64,000 nucleotides of DNA, taken from assembly GCF_009931435.1 (NCBI RefSeq), contig NZ_CP043414.1; one strand, written 5' to 3'. Each line of letters begins with the position of its first letter. The first letter of the stretch is position 1. The notes beneath the pieces are model-generated. The model did not search any database. It worked only from the letters and a program-made list of their open reading frames with translations, and had not been told where the DNA came from. Positions 35,499-47,165 of this stretch are shown here, piece by piece. This stretch comes from Escherichia coli (GTDB lineage: Bacteria; Pseudomonadota; Gammaproteobacteria; Enterobacterales; Enterobacteriaceae). The position numbers were made by a program, and so were the translations under genes.

Positions 35499-37775
35499 TT
35501 AATGCGCTGCTTCCGCCTTGTGCTTTTGTGCACTCTGGAATCCGTAAGTCAGCTCATTTTTCTCTTTATCCAGCGCAACCGTCACCTGACCGCCGTCCAC
35601 CAGCGAACCAAACAACAGTTCGTTGGCGAGCGGTTTTTTCAGGTTGTCCTGGATGACACGCGCCATCGGACGTGCGCCCATTGCCCGGTCGTAACCTTTC
35701 TCGGCCAGCCAGTTACGCGCTTCCTGGCTCACTTCCAGAGAAACACCTTTCTGATCCAGCTGAACCTGTAACTCGACGATGAACTTATCCACCACCTGAT
35801 GGATCACGTCGGTTGACAGATGATCAAACCAGATAATGTTGTCGAGACGGTTACGGAATTCCGGTGTAAAGATCTTCTTGATCTCTTCCATCGCATCGGT
35901 GCTGTTATCCTGGTGGATAAGACCAATGGATTTACGCTCAGTTTCCCGTACCCCGGCATTAGTGGTCATCACCAGCACCACGTTACGGAAGTCCGCTTTG
36001 CGTCCGTTGTTATCGGTCAGCGTACCGTTGTCCATCACCTGCAACAGAATATTGAACACGTCCGGGTGCGCTTTCTCGATTTCGTCCAGCAGCAGCACCG
36101 CATGAGGATGCTTGATGACCGCATCAGTCAGCAAACCGCCCTGATCAAAACCAACGTATCCCGGAGGCGCACCAATCAGACGGCTGACGGTATGGCGTTC
36201 CATATACTCGGACATATCAAAGCGCAGAAGCTCAATGCCCAAAGCTTTCGAAAGCTGTACCGTCACCTCTGTTTTCCCGACCCCGGTAGGGCCGGCAAAC
36301 AGGAACGAACCGACTGGTTTATGTTCGTGACCTAAACCTGCACGCGCCATCTTAATGGCTTCAGTCAGCGCCTCAATGGCTTTATCCTGACCGAAGACCA
36401 GCATTTTCAGGCGATCGCTGAGGTTTTTCAGGGTATCGCGGTCACTCTGAGAAACACTCTTCTCTGGAATGCGCGCAATACGGGCCACCACGGACTCAAT
36501 ATCCGCCACATTAACGGTTTTCTTGCGTTTGCTTACCGGCATCAGGCGTGCGCGAGCGCCCGCTTCGTCGATAACGTCAATGGCTTTATCCGGCAGATGA
36601 CGATCGTTAATGTATTTCACCGCCAGCTCTACCGCTGCACGCACCGCTTTTGCGGTATAACGCACGTCATGGTGCGCTTCGTACTTCGGTTTCAGGCCGT
36701 TGATGATCTGTACGGTTTCTTCAATCGACGGTTCAGTAATATCAATTTTCTGGAAGCGACGCGCCAGAGCACGGTCTTTCTCGAAAATGTTGCTGAACTC
36801 CTGATAGGTTGTCGAACCAATTACGCGAATTTTACCGCTTGAGAGCAACGGTTTGATCAGGTTAGCCGCATCAACCTGACCACCAGAGGCTGCACCCGCA
36901 CCGATAATGGTGTGGATCTCATCAATAAACAGGATGCTGTTAGTGTCCTGCTCCAGCTGCTTGAGCAACGCTTTAAAACGTTTTTCAAAGTCGCCGCGAT
37001 ATTTTGTGCCCGCTAACAGAGAACCGATATCGAGAGAGTAAATCGTACAGTCAGCCATCACTTCCGGCACATCGCCCTGAACAATTCGCCAGGCAAGACC
37101 TTCCGCAATCGCGGTTTTGCCGACACCGGATTCCCCCACCAGCAGCGGGTTGTTTTTACGGCGACGGCAGAGAACCTGAATAGCACGCTCCAGCTCCTTC
37201 TCACGACCAATCAGTGGGTCGATTCCGCCCACACGCGCAAGCTGATTCAGGTTCGTCGTGAAATTCTCCATACGTTCCTCCCCACCAGCTTGTTCTTCGC
37301 TGTTTGGCTGGCTGCCAGGATCAGAAGACTGTGTCGGCTCGTCTTTACGCGTGCCATGAGAGATAAAGTTCACCACATCGAGACGGCTGACTTCATGTTT
37401 GCGCAACAGATATGCCGCCTGCGACTCCTGTTCGCTAAAGATAGCGACCAGAACGTTTGCACCGGTAACCTCATTGCGACCGGAGGACTGGACATGGAAG
37501 ACCGCACGTTGCAGTACACGCTGAAAACTCAGCGTTGGCTGTGTGTCGCGCTCCTCTTCACTGGCAGGCAGAACGGGTGTGGTTTGTTCAATAAAGGCTT
37601 CCAGTTCCTGACGGAGCGCAACCAAATCCACAGAACACGCTTCCAGCGCCTCCCGGGCAGATGGGTTACTGAGCAGCGCCAGTAACAAGTGCTCGACGGT
37701 CATAAACTCATGACGGTGCTCGCGCGCTCTGGCGAAAGCCATATTTAAACTGAGTTCCAGTTCTTGATTGAGCAT
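35499..37775 (-). CDS. clpA: ATP-dependent Clp protease ATP-binding subunit ClpA
   Basis: ATG at 37773-37775 ([35 protein letters not shown]...) gives 758 aa with two AAA+ modules (GESGVGKT; GPTGVGKT). Confidence 0.97.
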   Translation of the reverse strand: MLNQELELSLNMAFARAREHRHEFMTVEHLLLALLSNPSAREALEACSVDLVALRQELEAFIEQTTPVLPASEEERDTQPTLSFQRVLQRAVFHVQSSGRNEVTGANVLVAIFSEQESQAAYLLRKHEVSRLDVVNFISHGTRKDEPTQSSDPGSQPNSEEQAGGEERMENFTTNLNQLARVGGIDPLIGREKELERAIQVLCRRRKNNPLLVGESGVGKTAIAEGLAWRIVQGDVPEVMADCTIYSLDIGSLLAGTKYRGDFEKRFKALLKQLEQDTNSILFIDEIHTIIGAGAASGGQVDAANLIKPLLSSGKIRVIGSTTYQEFSNIFEKDRALARRFQKIDITEPSIEETVQIINGLKPKYEAHHDVRYTAKAVRAAVELAVKYINDRHLPDKAIDVIDEAGARARLMPVSKRKKTVNVADIESVVARIARIPEKSVSQSDRDTLKNLSDRLKMLVFGQDKAIEALTEAIKMARAGLGHEHKPVGSFLFAGPTGVGKTEVTVQLSKALGIELLRFDMSEYMERHTVSRLIGAPPGYVGFDQGGLLTDAVIKHPHAVLLLDEIEKAHPDVFNILLQVMDNGTLTDNNGRKADFRNVVLVMTTNAGVRETERKSIGLIHQDNSTDAMEEIKKIFTPEFRNRLDNIIWFDHLSTDVIHQVVDKFIVELQVQLDQKGVSLEVSQEARNWLAEKGYDRAMGARPMARVIQDNLKKPLANELLFGSLVDGGQVTVALDKEKNELTYGFQSAQKHKAEAAH

Positions 37776-37805
37776 AGGCACCTCCCCCAATTTTTATGCC
37801 TGCAT

Positions 37806-38126
37806 TCAGGCTTTTTCTAGCGTACACAGCAATGGATGCTCATTCTCCCTCGCGTACTTGTTCACCATCGCCACTTTGGTTTCTGCAACCTCGGCGGTAA
37901 AGACTCCGCAAATGGCCTTCCCCTGGTAGTGAACAGCGAGCATCAATTGCGTTGCACGTTCTACATCATAAGAAAAGAATTTTTGTAACACGTCAATAAC
38001 AAACTCCATCGGAGTGTAATCATCATTGACTAATATCACTTTATACATAGATGGCGGTTTTAGCGCGTCGCGAACTTTTTCTTCCGCCAGTTGATCAAAG
38101 TCCAGCCAGTCGTTCGTTTTACCCAT
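37806..38126 (-). CDS. clpS: ClpAP adaptor protein ClpS (N-end rule recognition)
   Basis: 106-aa [50 protein letters not shown]... immediately upstream of clpA. Confidence 0.97.
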
Positions 38127-38448
38127 TGTCAGTTATCATCTTCGGTTACGGTTATCGGCAGAACGCCCTGCCGCTGACAAGAGCTTATTTGCCTGACCAA
38201 TCTACTCCACATGATAGATAACTATCATCTATCGTTGGCATCAGCGACATCTGTCACATTCCTGTCAATAGCGTTAACTGCTTCAAATTTTTGATTCATA
38301 CCTGCCCCCTGGCCCCTGTCAAATGCTTGACGGCTCGCCCTAATTCTCTAAATTGTATTTCTAGAGTTGGCGAGGTTTTGAACAGCCCCCTCTCTGACCC
38401 CGGTTTATTCCATCTTACTTGTATAAGATTTGCGAAGGATGTCGAAGC

Positions 38449-38673
38449 ATGGAAAAGGGTACTGTTAAGTGGTTCAACAATGCCAAAGGGTTTGGTTTCA
38501 TCTGCCCTGAAGGCGGCGGCGAAGATATTTTCGCTCATTATTCCACCATTCAGATGGATGGTTACAGAACGCTAAAAGCTGGACAATCCGTTCAGTTTGA
38601 TGTCCACCAGGGGCCAAAAGGCAATCACGCCAGTGTTATTGTGCCCGTCGAAGTAGAAGCGGCAGTCGCATAG
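38449..38673 (+). CDS. cspD: Cold-shock-domain protein CspD (stationary-phase replication inhibitor)
   Basis: ATG at 38449 (MEKGTVKWFNNAKGFGFICPEGGGEDIFAHYSTIQMDGYRTLKAGQSVQFDVHQGPKGNHASVIVPVEVEAAVA) gives 74 aa with RNP-like motifs. Confidence 0.95.
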   Translation: MEKGTVKWFNNAKGFGFICPEGGGEDIFAHYSTIQMDGYRTLKAGQSVQFDVHQGPKGNHASVIVPVEVEAAVA

Positions 38674-38706
38674 CTCTTCTGTCTCATTGTGTACATCCTA
38701 CAGGCA

Positions 38707-38736
38707 AAATGCCAGCCCGATCGGCTGGCATTTTTA
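38707..38736. terminator. Bidirectional hairpin terminator between convergent cspD and macB
   Basis: Inverted repeat gccagcc-gatc-ggctggc flanked by A- and T-runs. Confidence 0.5.
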
Positions 38737-38745
38737 TCTCAAAAA

Positions 38746-40692
38746 TTACTCTCGTGCCAAAGCATCTACTGGATCCAGTCGTGCCGCATTTCGTGCGGGT
38801 AACCAGCCAAATAAAATCCCGGTGACCGTCGAGCAGAGAAACGCCAGCAGCAGTGCCAACGGTGAAAAACCGATCTCCCAACCGGGTAAGAAAAGCTGCA
38901 AGGTGAAAGCAATTAACAGTGACAGTGTTATTCCCAACGCACCGCCGACCAGACAAACCAGCACGGCTTCGATCAGAAACTGTTGCAAAACATCGCTTGC
39001 TCGCGCACCTACAGCCATGCGAATGCCAATTTCCCGCGTCCGCTCGGTCACTGACACCAGCATAATATTCATTACACCAATACCGCCCACCACCAGCGAA
39101 ATCACCGCCACCAGCGTCAGAAACAGTTGTAAAGTACGTGTGGTCTTTTCAACGGTTTTCAAGACGCCGTCCATGTTCCAGGTAAAGAAATCCTTCTTAC
39201 CGTGGCGCAGTGAAAGTAAACGCGTGAGTTGCTGTTCCGCCTCGGCGCTGTCAAAGCCCTCTTTCACCCTGACAGTAATAGAGTTCAGCCACGACTGGCC
39301 CATAACTCTCCCGGACATCGTGCTGTAAGGTAACCACACGCGCAGCACTTTACTACTGCCAAACATCGACTGTTTTTCCTCTGCCACGCCGATGACTCTC
39401 GCTGGCATATTACCAACCAAGATAACCTCGCCAACCACATTTGCTTTATGGGGGAAAAGCTGACGGCGAGTATTACTGTCGAGAACCACGACTTGCGCAC
39501 GGCCATTCAGCTGTTCCTGATTAAAGGTGTTCCCTTCACTGAAGGTCATGCCATAGACATTAAAATAATCGCCGCTCACGCCATTGGCACTGGCAGCCAC
39601 ATCGACATTGTTATAACGCAGGCGCAGGTTTTGCGAGACGGCAGGTGTGGCTGAGGCGACCCACGGTTGTTTTTGGATGGCGATTAAGTCGTCGTACTTC
39701 AGCGCCTGCTGATATTGCGGATCGTCATCGCCAAAATCTTTCCCGGGATAGACATCAATAGTATTCGTACCAATAGAACGAATATCCGCCAGCACCATTT
39801 GTTTGGCGGCGTCGCCGACCACGACAATGGAAACCACCGACGCAATACCGATAATAATCCCCAGCATGGTCAGTAAAGTACGCATTTTATTCGCTGCCAG
39901 CGCCCGCCACGCCATCGTCAGCGCCTCGTTAAAACCGCTGACAAACTGCCGCCAGCCAGACGCCGTGTTGATAACAGGCTCCGTCCCGCCAGCAACATTC
40001 ACTTTTTCAATGGCGGGAGGATTGCGCACAATTTCGCCGTCGCGAATTTCGATCACCCGCTCGGCCTGAGCAGCGACCTGCGGATCGTGGGTAACGATAA
40101 TCACCGTATGCCCGCGATCGCGCAGCTGATGCAGGATCGCCATTACCTCCTCACCGGAATGGCTGTCCAGTGCGCCTGTCGGTTCATCGGCAAGAATTAC
40201 CTGACCGCCGTTCATCAATGCCCGCGCGATGCTGACGCGCTGTTGCTGACCACCCGAAAGCTGTGCCGGATAATACTCTGTACGGTCTTCAAGCCCCAGT
40301 CGTTGCAATAACTTCTGGGCACGAAGCAGTCGCTGTTTCCGCTCAAGACCCGCATAGACGGCGGGTACTTCAACATTCTGCTCGGCGGTTAAATGTGAAA
40401 GCAAATGGTAACGCTGGAAAATAAAGCCGAAGTGTTCGCGACGCAGTTGCGCCAGCGCATCGGCGTCCAGCATGGCAACATCCTGACCGGCGACGCGATA
40501 GGTGCCGCTGGTGGCCTTATCCAGGCAGCCGAGAATATTCATCAGGGTCGATTTACCGGAACCCGAAGCGCCGACAATCGCCACCATCTCACCAGCATAA
40601 ATATCGAGGGTGATGCCCTTCAGCACCTCAACCTGCTCATCACCGGCAGGATAGCTGCGACGAATATCCTTTAATTCGAGCAAGGGCGTCAT
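38746..40692 (-). CDS. macB: Macrolide ABC exporter ATPase/permease fusion protein MacB
   Basis: 648-aa ORF with an N-terminal ABC ATPase (GASGSGKST; [15 protein letters not shown]) and C-terminal FtsX-like permease. Confidence 0.97.
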   Translation of the reverse strand: MTPLLELKDIRRSYPAGDEQVEVLKGITLDIYAGEMVAIVGASGSGKSTLMNILGCLDKATSGTYRVAGQDVAMLDADALAQLRREHFGFIFQRYHLLSHLTAEQNVEVPAVYAGLERKQRLLRAQKLLQRLGLEDRTEYYPAQLSGGQQQRVSIARALMNGGQVILADEPTGALDSHSGEEVMAILHQLRDRGHTVIIVTHDPQVAAQAERVIEIRDGEIVRNPPAIEKVNVAGGTEPVINTASGWRQFVSGFNEALTMAWRALAANKMRTLLTMLGIIIGIASVVSIVVVGDAAKQMVLADIRSIGTNTIDVYPGKDFGDDDPQYQQALKYDDLIAIQKQPWVASATPAVSQNLRLRYNNVDVAASANGVSGDYFNVYGMTFSEGNTFNQEQLNGRAQVVVLDSNTRRQLFPHKANVVGEVILVGNMPARVIGVAEEKQSMFGSSKVLRVWLPYSTMSGRVMGQSWLNSITVRVKEGFDSAEAEQQLTRLLSLRHGKKDFFTWNMDGVLKTVEKTTRTLQLFLTLVAVISLVVGGIGVMNIMLVSVTERTREIGIRMAVGARASDVLQQFLIEAVLVCLVGGALGITLSLLIAFTLQLFLPGWEIGFSPLALLLAFLCSTVTGILFGWLPARNAARLDPVDALARE

Positions 40693-41804
40693 TGTGCAGC
40701 TCCTGGTTTGGCCTCACCAATCACCACTTCATCGCCCGCTTCCAGCCCTTTGACAATCTCAACATCGGTGTCGTTACGTGCACCAATCGTCACTTCACGC
40801 TCGCGTGTTTCACCATTACGCAACAATTTGACTTTATAACGATTATCGCCAACCGGATCGCCTAACGCCGACAGAGGGATCGTCAGCACATTTTTCACAT
40901 CGGTGAGCTGAATATGCACTTGCGCGGTCATATCCAGCCGCAGCAAACCATTGGGGTTGGGTACTTCAAAACGGGCGTAATAGAAAATAGCGTCGTTAAC
41001 CTTTTCCGGCGTCGGTAGCACATCCTTGATTTGCCCCTCATAGCGCGTCAGCGGATCGCCAAGCACCGTAAACCAGGCTTTTTGCCCCGGCTTCAGGTGG
41101 ATTACATCCGCTTCAGAAACCTGCGCTTTTACCAGCATGGTGCTCATATCTGCCAGCGTCAGAATGTTCGGTGCTTGTTGTGCGGCAATCACCGTCTGGC
41201 CTTGCAGAGTGGTGATTTGCGTGACTTCCCCGGCCATCGGGGCAACGATGCGGGTGTAATCGAGATTGGTTTTAGCCGTATCGAGTGAGGCCTGATTACG
41301 CTTGATTTGCGCGTCAATGGTGCCAATTTGCGCCTGTTTCACAGCCATCTCCGTCGCGGCGGTATCGAGATCCTGCTGTGAAACCGCCTGCGTTTGTGCA
41401 AGACGTTGCTGACGGGAATACGTCACCCGCGCCAGTTTCAGCTCCGCTTCCGCCTGCTGCCGCTGCGCGCGTAGCTCCATCAGCGTTGCTTCCACCTCCT
41501 TGATCTGGTTTTCAGCTTGTTCAGGATCAATAACCCCTAAAAGCTGGTCTTTTTTTACTTTATCGCCAATCGCCACCGACAGCGTTTTCAACTGACCGCT
41601 GACCTGCGCGCCCACATCAACCTTACGCAGCGCGTCCAGCTTTCCGGTCGCCAGCACGCTTTGCTGTAAATCACCGGGGCGCACAATCAGCGTCTGATAA
41701 GTCGGCACGGGTGCGTTAAGAATTCTCCATAACGTAATCAGCCCGGCAATGACTATCACCAGCGCAATAACGTAACGCTTCTTCACGGTTTTCCGCTTTT
41801 TCAT
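40689..41804 (-). CDS. macA: Macrolide efflux periplasmic adaptor (membrane fusion protein) MacA
   Basis: ATG at 41802-41804 ([21 protein letters not shown]...) gives 371 aa; the stop overlaps the macB start by 4 nt. Confidence 0.95.
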   Translation of the reverse strand: MKKRKTVKKRYVIALVIVIAGLITLWRILNAPVPTYQTLIVRPGDLQQSVLATGKLDALRKVDVGAQVSGQLKTLSVAIGDKVKKDQLLGVIDPEQAENQIKEVEATLMELRAQRQQAEAELKLARVTYSRQQRLAQTQAVSQQDLDTAATEMAVKQAQIGTIDAQIKRNQASLDTAKTNLDYTRIVAPMAGEVTQITTLQGQTVIAAQQAPNILTLADMSTMLVKAQVSEADVIHLKPGQKAWFTVLGDPLTRYEGQIKDVLPTPEKVNDAIFYYARFEVPNPNGLLRLDMTAQVHIQLTDVKNVLTIPLSALGDPVGDNRYKVKLLRNGETREREVTIGARNDTDVEIVKGLEAGDEVVIGEAKPGAAQ

Positions 41805-41918
41805 AAATATTCTGAATACTCCATATGCCAATCCGGGTCATTAACTTCAACGAAATATCAACAAAACCCTAAAATTTACGTTAGTAATCACACTATTGAT
41901 GTTTGGTTAAGATACGCC

Positions 41919-42911
41919 ATGGTGAAATCGACGTTATGTACAACCATTGATTTCATGAATATGTCGCAGCTAACTGAACGGACCTTTACGCCATCTGAAT
42001 CTCTCAGCAGCCTGTCACTTTTTCTTAGTCTGGCACGTGGACAGTGTCGGCCGGGTAAATTTTGGCATCGCCGTAGTTTTCGCCAGAAATTTTTGCTGCG
42101 CTCGTTGATTATGCCGCGTTTAAGCGTTGAGTGGATGAACGAACTTTCCCACTGGCCGAATCTCCATGTGTTGTTAACGCGCCAGCCGCGACTGCCTGTG
42201 CGTCTGCATCGCCCTTACCTTGCGGCGAATCTTAGCCGCAAGCAATTGCTGGAGGCGTTACGTTACCATTATGCATTGCTTCGTGCCTGCATGTCGGCAG
42301 AAGAATTCAGCTTATATTTGAATACTCCCGGGCTGCAACTGGCGAAGCTGGAAGGCAAAAACGGCGAGCAGTTCACACTTGAGCTGACCATGATGATCTC
42401 AATGGATAAAGAAGGTGACAGCACAATCCTGTTCCGCAACAGCGAAGGTATTCCTCTGGCAGAGATCACCTTTACTCTGTGTGAATACCAGGGGAAAAGA
42501 ACAATGTTTATTGGCGGGCTGCAAGGTGCGAAATGGGAAATTCCACATCAGGAAATCCAGAATGCGACGAAAGCCTGCCACGGGCTATTTCCCAAACGTC
42601 TCGTGATGGAAGCGGCCTGTCTGTTTGCCCAACGTTTGCAGGTAGAGCAGATCATTGCCGTCAGCAATGAAACACATATTTACCGCAGCCTGCGTTATCG
42701 CGATAAAGAAGGCAAGATCCATGCTGATTACAACGCGTTCTGGGAGTCGGTTGGCGGCGTATGTGATGCTGAACGCCATTACCGCCTTCCGGCACAGATA
42801 GCACGAAAAGAGATTGCCGAAATCGCCAGTAAAAAACGGGCTGAATACCGTCGGCGCTATGAGATGCTCGACGCTATTCAGCCACAAATGGCCACGATGT
42901 TTCGCGGTTAA
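41919..42911 (+). CDS. ybjX: VirK/DUF535-family protein YbjX
   Basis: 330-aa ORF; position and length match K-12 YbjX. Confidence 0.85.
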   Translation: MVKSTLCTTIDFMNMSQLTERTFTPSESLSSLSLFLSLARGQCRPGKFWHRRSFRQKFLLRSLIMPRLSVEWMNELSHWPNLHVLLTRQPRLPVRLHRPYLAANLSRKQLLEALRYHYALLRACMSAEEFSLYLNTPGLQLAKLEGKNGEQFTLELTMMISMDKEGDSTILFRNSEGIPLAEITFTLCEYQGKRTMFIGGLQGAKWEIPHQEIQNATKACHGLFPKRLVMEAACLFAQRLQVEQIIAVSNETHIYRSLRYRDKEGKIHADYNAFWESVGGVCDAERHYRLPAQIARKEIAEIASKKRAEYRRRYEMLDAIQPQMATMFRG

Positions 42912-44566
42912 TCCGCGCGACCGCGCGCCAGCCACAGCACGCGTGAGAACATTTTTTTCAGCAGCGTCGGTACGGAGTCCACACCACGACGGCCGGCCTC
43001 CATTGCCACTTCAATGGCAAGATCGGGTTTGGAAGAGCGATGGATCGCTTTCGAGATAATTTTACGCAGATTCATCGGCACATTTTCCGGGATCTGCGCC
43101 ACGCGGTGGAACACATCGGAAAATCCCTGGCGATACATAAAATGTTCCATATCCAGCGCCGGTAACGCCGTTAAATGTTCTCGTTCGGCTTCCCGATCGT
43201 TATTCAACAGGCTGCGTACCGTAGCGGCATACTTCTTCCCGGCTTCATCGCCATCGACCAGCACATGCCATTCAATCCCCATTCGACGGGCGAATTTAAC
43301 CAGTGGCTTTAGCCCGGACTGGGCAAACTCAATGACCTTGATCCCTTCGGCATCAAAATGATGTCCACACTGACGCGCCAGTTCATTGATAACCCAGGTT
43401 TCCGTTTCGCCTTCCACCAGCAGCCAGCAGCGAGCAAACAGCGATGACGGACGGTTAAAACGAATGTGGAAAGAGATACGTCGGCTATCTTCGGTACTCA
43501 AGCCACTCGGCCCCAGACGCCAGGCGGCAACGCGAGAGGACTCACGTACCAGTCGGCAAACATGCTCTACCGGCGTTAACGAAAGCAGCTCGCCAGAGTT
43601 GGTGGTGGCAATGCGCTGCAATGGCAGAAGATTCAACAGATGCCAGGCAACTGAAAGCATAATGGGGTGTAAACGCGTTTCTGGATCTTCAATCAGCAAT
43701 AATGGACGTGCGTCTTTATCCAGCCGCAATGTGCCTTTTGCCTGCAATAAAGTAGCAAACAGGCCGAGCAAAATAACCCGATACGAGCGCCCTCCAGGCC
43801 GGTCAATCATCCGGTTGATGATATCCAGATAGCGCCAGCTTCGTTGCTCATTACTGGCCCGCCGCCGCATTAAACGATATCGCGCTTGTCCGGCCCCCTG
43901 CTCAGAGAAATAATGCTCAAGCAGCTGCACCATTGCGGAAAGTCCCTGACGAATCTGTCCATCAGAGAGATTTTGCGGATGTGAGGATAATTCACGGGCG
44001 AGGAAATCGAGTTGGCGCGCGGTGACTTCCACATTAGGGACATTTGGCACCGTGCCGTTACGAATACGGCGCATAAAACGGGCATCACGCAAGCGCAGCA
44101 CCGGCATTAAACGCACCAGATGGCGTGCCTGATCGTTAATATCCTCGACATCAATCGGATGTCCGTCTTTATCGAGAAAACTGCGGAGTGTCATCACACT
44201 GCCATCTTCCGCACTCTCCCCTTCCAGGCGATAAAAAATTCGATGATAACCATCGGTGCATGGCGTCCAGCATGCTTCCAACGGTCGATAGCGGCGTACC
44301 CGATGACGGCCTGGCAGCGATTCGCGGAAGGTCAAAATAATATGCAGATGATGTTCCCGCCCGTTGATATCTCCCGGCGGAAACCAGAAATCGTCGCGCT
44401 CAAAATGGTAGAGATCTGATTCTGGCGATAGCAGCAGGGTTAAGGCGTCCAGCAAGCTGGATTTACCCCACGCGTTCTCCCCAATCAGGACGTTGTTTTG
44501 TTCCAGCATCAACGATAAACGGTTGATACCGCGAAAACCCACAATTTCAACGCGCTCAAGAATCAT
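42908..44566 (-). CDS. ybjD: OLD-family ATPase/Toprim nuclease YbjD
   Basis: 552-aa ORF with an N-terminal P-loop (GENAWGKSSLLDAL) and C-terminal Toprim-like region; the 3' end overlaps the ybjX stop by 4 nt (convergent). Confidence 0.9.
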   Translation of the reverse strand: MILERVEIVGFRGINRLSLMLEQNNVLIGENAWGKSSLLDALTLLLSPESDLYHFERDDFWFPPGDINGREHHLHIILTFRESLPGRHRVRRYRPLEACWTPCTDGYHRIFYRLEGESAEDGSVMTLRSFLDKDGHPIDVEDINDQARHLVRLMPVLRLRDARFMRRIRNGTVPNVPNVEVTARQLDFLARELSSHPQNLSDGQIRQGLSAMVQLLEHYFSEQGAGQARYRLMRRRASNEQRSWRYLDIINRMIDRPGGRSYRVILLGLFATLLQAKGTLRLDKDARPLLLIEDPETRLHPIMLSVAWHLLNLLPLQRIATTNSGELLSLTPVEHVCRLVRESSRVAAWRLGPSGLSTEDSRRISFHIRFNRPSSLFARCWLLVEGETETWVINELARQCGHHFDAEGIKVIEFAQSGLKPLVKFARRMGIEWHVLVDGDEAGKKYAATVRSLLNNDREAEREHLTALPALDMEHFMYRQGFSDVFHRVAQIPENVPMNLRKIISKAIHRSSKPDLAIEVAMEAGRRGVDSVPTLLKKMFSRVLWLARGRAD

Positions 44567-44991
44567 ATCCCCTCCAGAAATATGTGACTTATCCTTTACG
44601 CTGGCAGTATAACGGGAAAGGCCGTGCTAATACGTGATGACATCACATTTAAGCATGGCAAATGTCTGAAAAATGAGCGAATAATCGCGTTATACTCCCT
44701 CTTGCTGATAAGTCTGCAAAAACAACAAAATCAAATAATTAGCATGATAAATTATTTTTTATTACGCCTAAAGGATTAAATCTTTTGCTTGCACTACACT
44801 GTCAATCAGACAAATGACTATATGGGGCAACCCGCTGTTGCCCTAAATCAAATTTACTGGATTTATTTATCTGGTGAATGACTCGCCTTCGTTTTTAAAA
44901 TAGCCGCGCATTATTTCCGTCGTCACTTTTTTACGACGACCCTATAAAACGACCATATTTTTCACAGGGTCAATTTTTAATTGAGGTGGAT

Positions 44992-45687
44992 ATGTTCAGA
45001 AAATTAGCAGCTGAATGTTTTGGTACTTTCTGGCTTGTTTTTGGTGGCTGTGGTAGTGCCGTACTGGCCGCAGGCTTCCCGGAATTAGGCATTGGTTTTG
45101 CCGGCGTGGCGCTGGCATTCGGTTTAACCGTTCTGACGATGGCCTTCGCTGTTGGTCATATTTCTGGTGGTCATTTTAACCCGGCGGTCACTATTGGCTT
45201 ATGGGCTGGCGGACGTTTTCCGGCAAAAGAAGTCGTTGGCTACGTAATTGCCCAGGTTGTCGGCGGTATTGTTGCAGCGGCGCTGCTGTATTTAATTGCC
45301 AGTGGTAAAACGGGATTTGACGCGGCAGCCAGCGGTTTTGCTTCTAACGGTTATGGCGAGCATTCACCAGGCGGTTATTCCATGCTTTCCGCGCTGGTAG
45401 TTGAACTGGTATTGAGTGCAGGTTTCTTGCTGGTGATCCACGGCGCAACCGACAAATTCGCTCCGGCGGGTTTTGCGCCAATTGCCATTGGTCTGGCATT
45501 AACGCTGATTCACTTAATCAGTATTCCGGTGACTAACACTTCCGTTAACCCGGCGCGCAGTACTGCGGTTGCCATCTTCCAGGGCGGCTGGGCGTTAGAA
45601 CAACTGTGGTTCTTCTGGGTGGTGCCAATTGTCGGCGGCATTATCGGTGGTCTGATTTACCGGACTCTGCTGGAAAAGCGTAATTAA
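44992..45687 (+). CDS. aqpZ: Aquaporin Z
   Basis: ATG at 44992 ([29 protein letters not shown]...) gives 231 aa with two NPA motifs (HFNPAVT; SVNPARS). Confidence 0.97.
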   Translation: MFRKLAAECFGTFWLVFGGCGSAVLAAGFPELGIGFAGVALAFGLTVLTMAFAVGHISGGHFNPAVTIGLWAGGRFPAKEVVGYVIAQVVGGIVAAALLYLIASGKTGFDAAASGFASNGYGEHSPGGYSMLSALVVELVLSAGFLLVIHGATDKFAPAGFAPIAIGLALTLIHLISIPVTNTSVNPARSTAVAIFQGGWALEQLWFFWVVPIVGGIIGGLIYRTLLEKRN

Positions 45688-45696
45688 TTAACGCAG

Positions 45697-45726
45697 AAGG
45701 CCTGGCGCAATGTCAGGCCTTTTTTA
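45697..45726 (+). terminator. Intrinsic terminator of aqpZ
   Basis: Hairpin aggcctg-gcgcaatgtc-aggcct followed by TTTTTT. Confidence 0.6.
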
Positions 45727-45784
45727 AATATATTGATTCATCTTCCTGTTGCGCTCCTTGATGTGTTAAGCCACATATAGTCAC

Positions 45785-46005
45785 TGGCGCAGGGGGCGGC
45801 CAATCGCCGCCGCCCCCTGCACCCCCGGGCTCTGGCGAACAAAATCGCCGCTGCGCGGTGCCCTCGACTTATCCCTTGCGGCTACCGGGTCGGGCGCGAG
45901 GTAACATCCCGGTAAAACGCGCCCTCAGCCCACATCCATGTGGGCTGCCCCGGCCTTCAGGGAACACCTCGGCGATTTTGACGCCACCAACACCGGTGCG
46001 GTTTG
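45785..46005. repeat. GC-rich intergenic element with two near-perfect palindromes (gcagggggcggc-caatc-gccgccccctgc; gcccacat-cc-atgtgggc); unclassified
   Basis: About 220 bp of GC-rich sequence with no ORF of 60 aa or more in the track, embedded in AT-rich intergenic DNA between aqpZ and ybjE. Confidence 0.4.
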
Positions 46006-46160
46006 TAATTAAAGCGCAAGAATATCTTTAAATGAAAATGAATACCCTACCGATCCTTATGCATAACATTTCCTTTTAATTGCAACTTTACTCGTCCTTC
46101 CGCTTTCAGTAGTGTGTCATCGCGCATTTCGACTTCTTTCTTTGCAAGGACTGGTTTTTC

Positions 46161-47060
46161 ATGTTTTCTGGGCTGTTAATCATTCTGGTTCCCCTGATTG
46201 TGGGTTACCTCATTCCGCTTCGCCAAAAAGCTGCATTAAAAGTTATTAATCAGCTATTAAGTTGGATGGTTTACCTCATTCTCTTTTTTATGGGTATCAG
46301 TCTGGCGTTTCTCGATAACCTCGCCAGTAACCTGTTGGCGATTCTGCATTATTCCGCCGTCAGTATTACCGTTATTTTACTGTGTAATATTGCCGCCCTG
46401 ATGTGGCTGGAGCGAGGCCTACCGTGGCGCAACCACCATCAGCAAGAAAAACTCCCGTCACGTATTGCGATGGCGCTGGAGTCCCTCAAGCTCTGCGGTG
46501 TGGTGGTGATTGGCTTTGCTATTGGCCTTAGCGGATTAGGTTTCTTACAACACGCTACGGAAGCCAGCGAATACACGTTAATTCTGCTACTTTTCCTCGT
46601 CGGTATTCAGTTGCGCAATAATGGCATGACCTTAAAGCAGATTGTCCTTAATCGCCGGGGAATGATTGTCGCTGTGGTGGTGGTGGCCAGTTCTTTAATT
46701 GGTGGTTTAATTAACGCCTTTATTCTTGATCTTCCCATCAATACCGCGCTGGCAATGGCTTCCGGTTTCGGCTGGTATTCTCTTTCCGGTATTTTATTGA
46801 CCGAATCTTTTGGTCCGGTAATCGGGAGCGCGGCGTTTTTTAATGATCTGGCCCGTGAGCTGCTTGCTATTATGTTGATCCCTGGGCTGATTCGCCGTAG
46901 CCGCTCTACTGCACTGGGCTTATGCGGTGCGACGTCGATGGATTTCACACTGCCCGTTCTTCAACGTACTGGCGGACTGGATATGGTCCCGGCGGCGATT
47001 GTTCACGGTTTTATTCTTAGCCTGTTAGTGCCGATCCTCATCGCCTTTTTCTCTGCATAA
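46161..47060 (+). CDS. lysO: Lysine exporter LysO (YbjE)
   Basis: 299-aa multi-pass membrane ORF MFSGLLIILVPLIVGYLIPLRQKAALKVINQLLSW... Confidence 0.93.
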   Translation: MFSGLLIILVPLIVGYLIPLRQKAALKVINQLLSWMVYLILFFMGISLAFLDNLASNLLAILHYSAVSITVILLCNIAALMWLERGLPWRNHHQQEKLPSRIAMALESLKLCGVVVIGFAIGLSGLGFLQHATEASEYTLILLLFLVGIQLRNNGMTLKQIVLNRRGMIVAVVVVASSLIGGLINAFILDLPINTALAMASGFGWYSLSGILLTESFGPVIGSAAFFNDLARELLAIMLIPGLIRRSRSTALGLCGATSMDFTLPVLQRTGGLDMVPAAIVHGFILSLLVPILIAFFSA

Positions 47061-47093
47061 TACCTCTCTGGCGGTAGATCCCTGCCGCCAAAA

Positions 47094-47107
47094 TTGCGCT
47101 AAATCAA
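47094..47107 (+). promoter_or_regulatory. FNR-like site (TTGCGctaaATCAA) upstream of hcp
   Basis: Matches TTGAT-N4-ATCAA at 12 of 14 positions, about 100 bp upstream of the hcp start; hcp is a known anaerobically induced gene. Confidence 0.4.
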
Positions 47108-47165
47108 TCTCCCTTAAAGTTGCATGAAAAATCCCTTTTATCCCCGCGTTAAGCGTCTTAACCTT

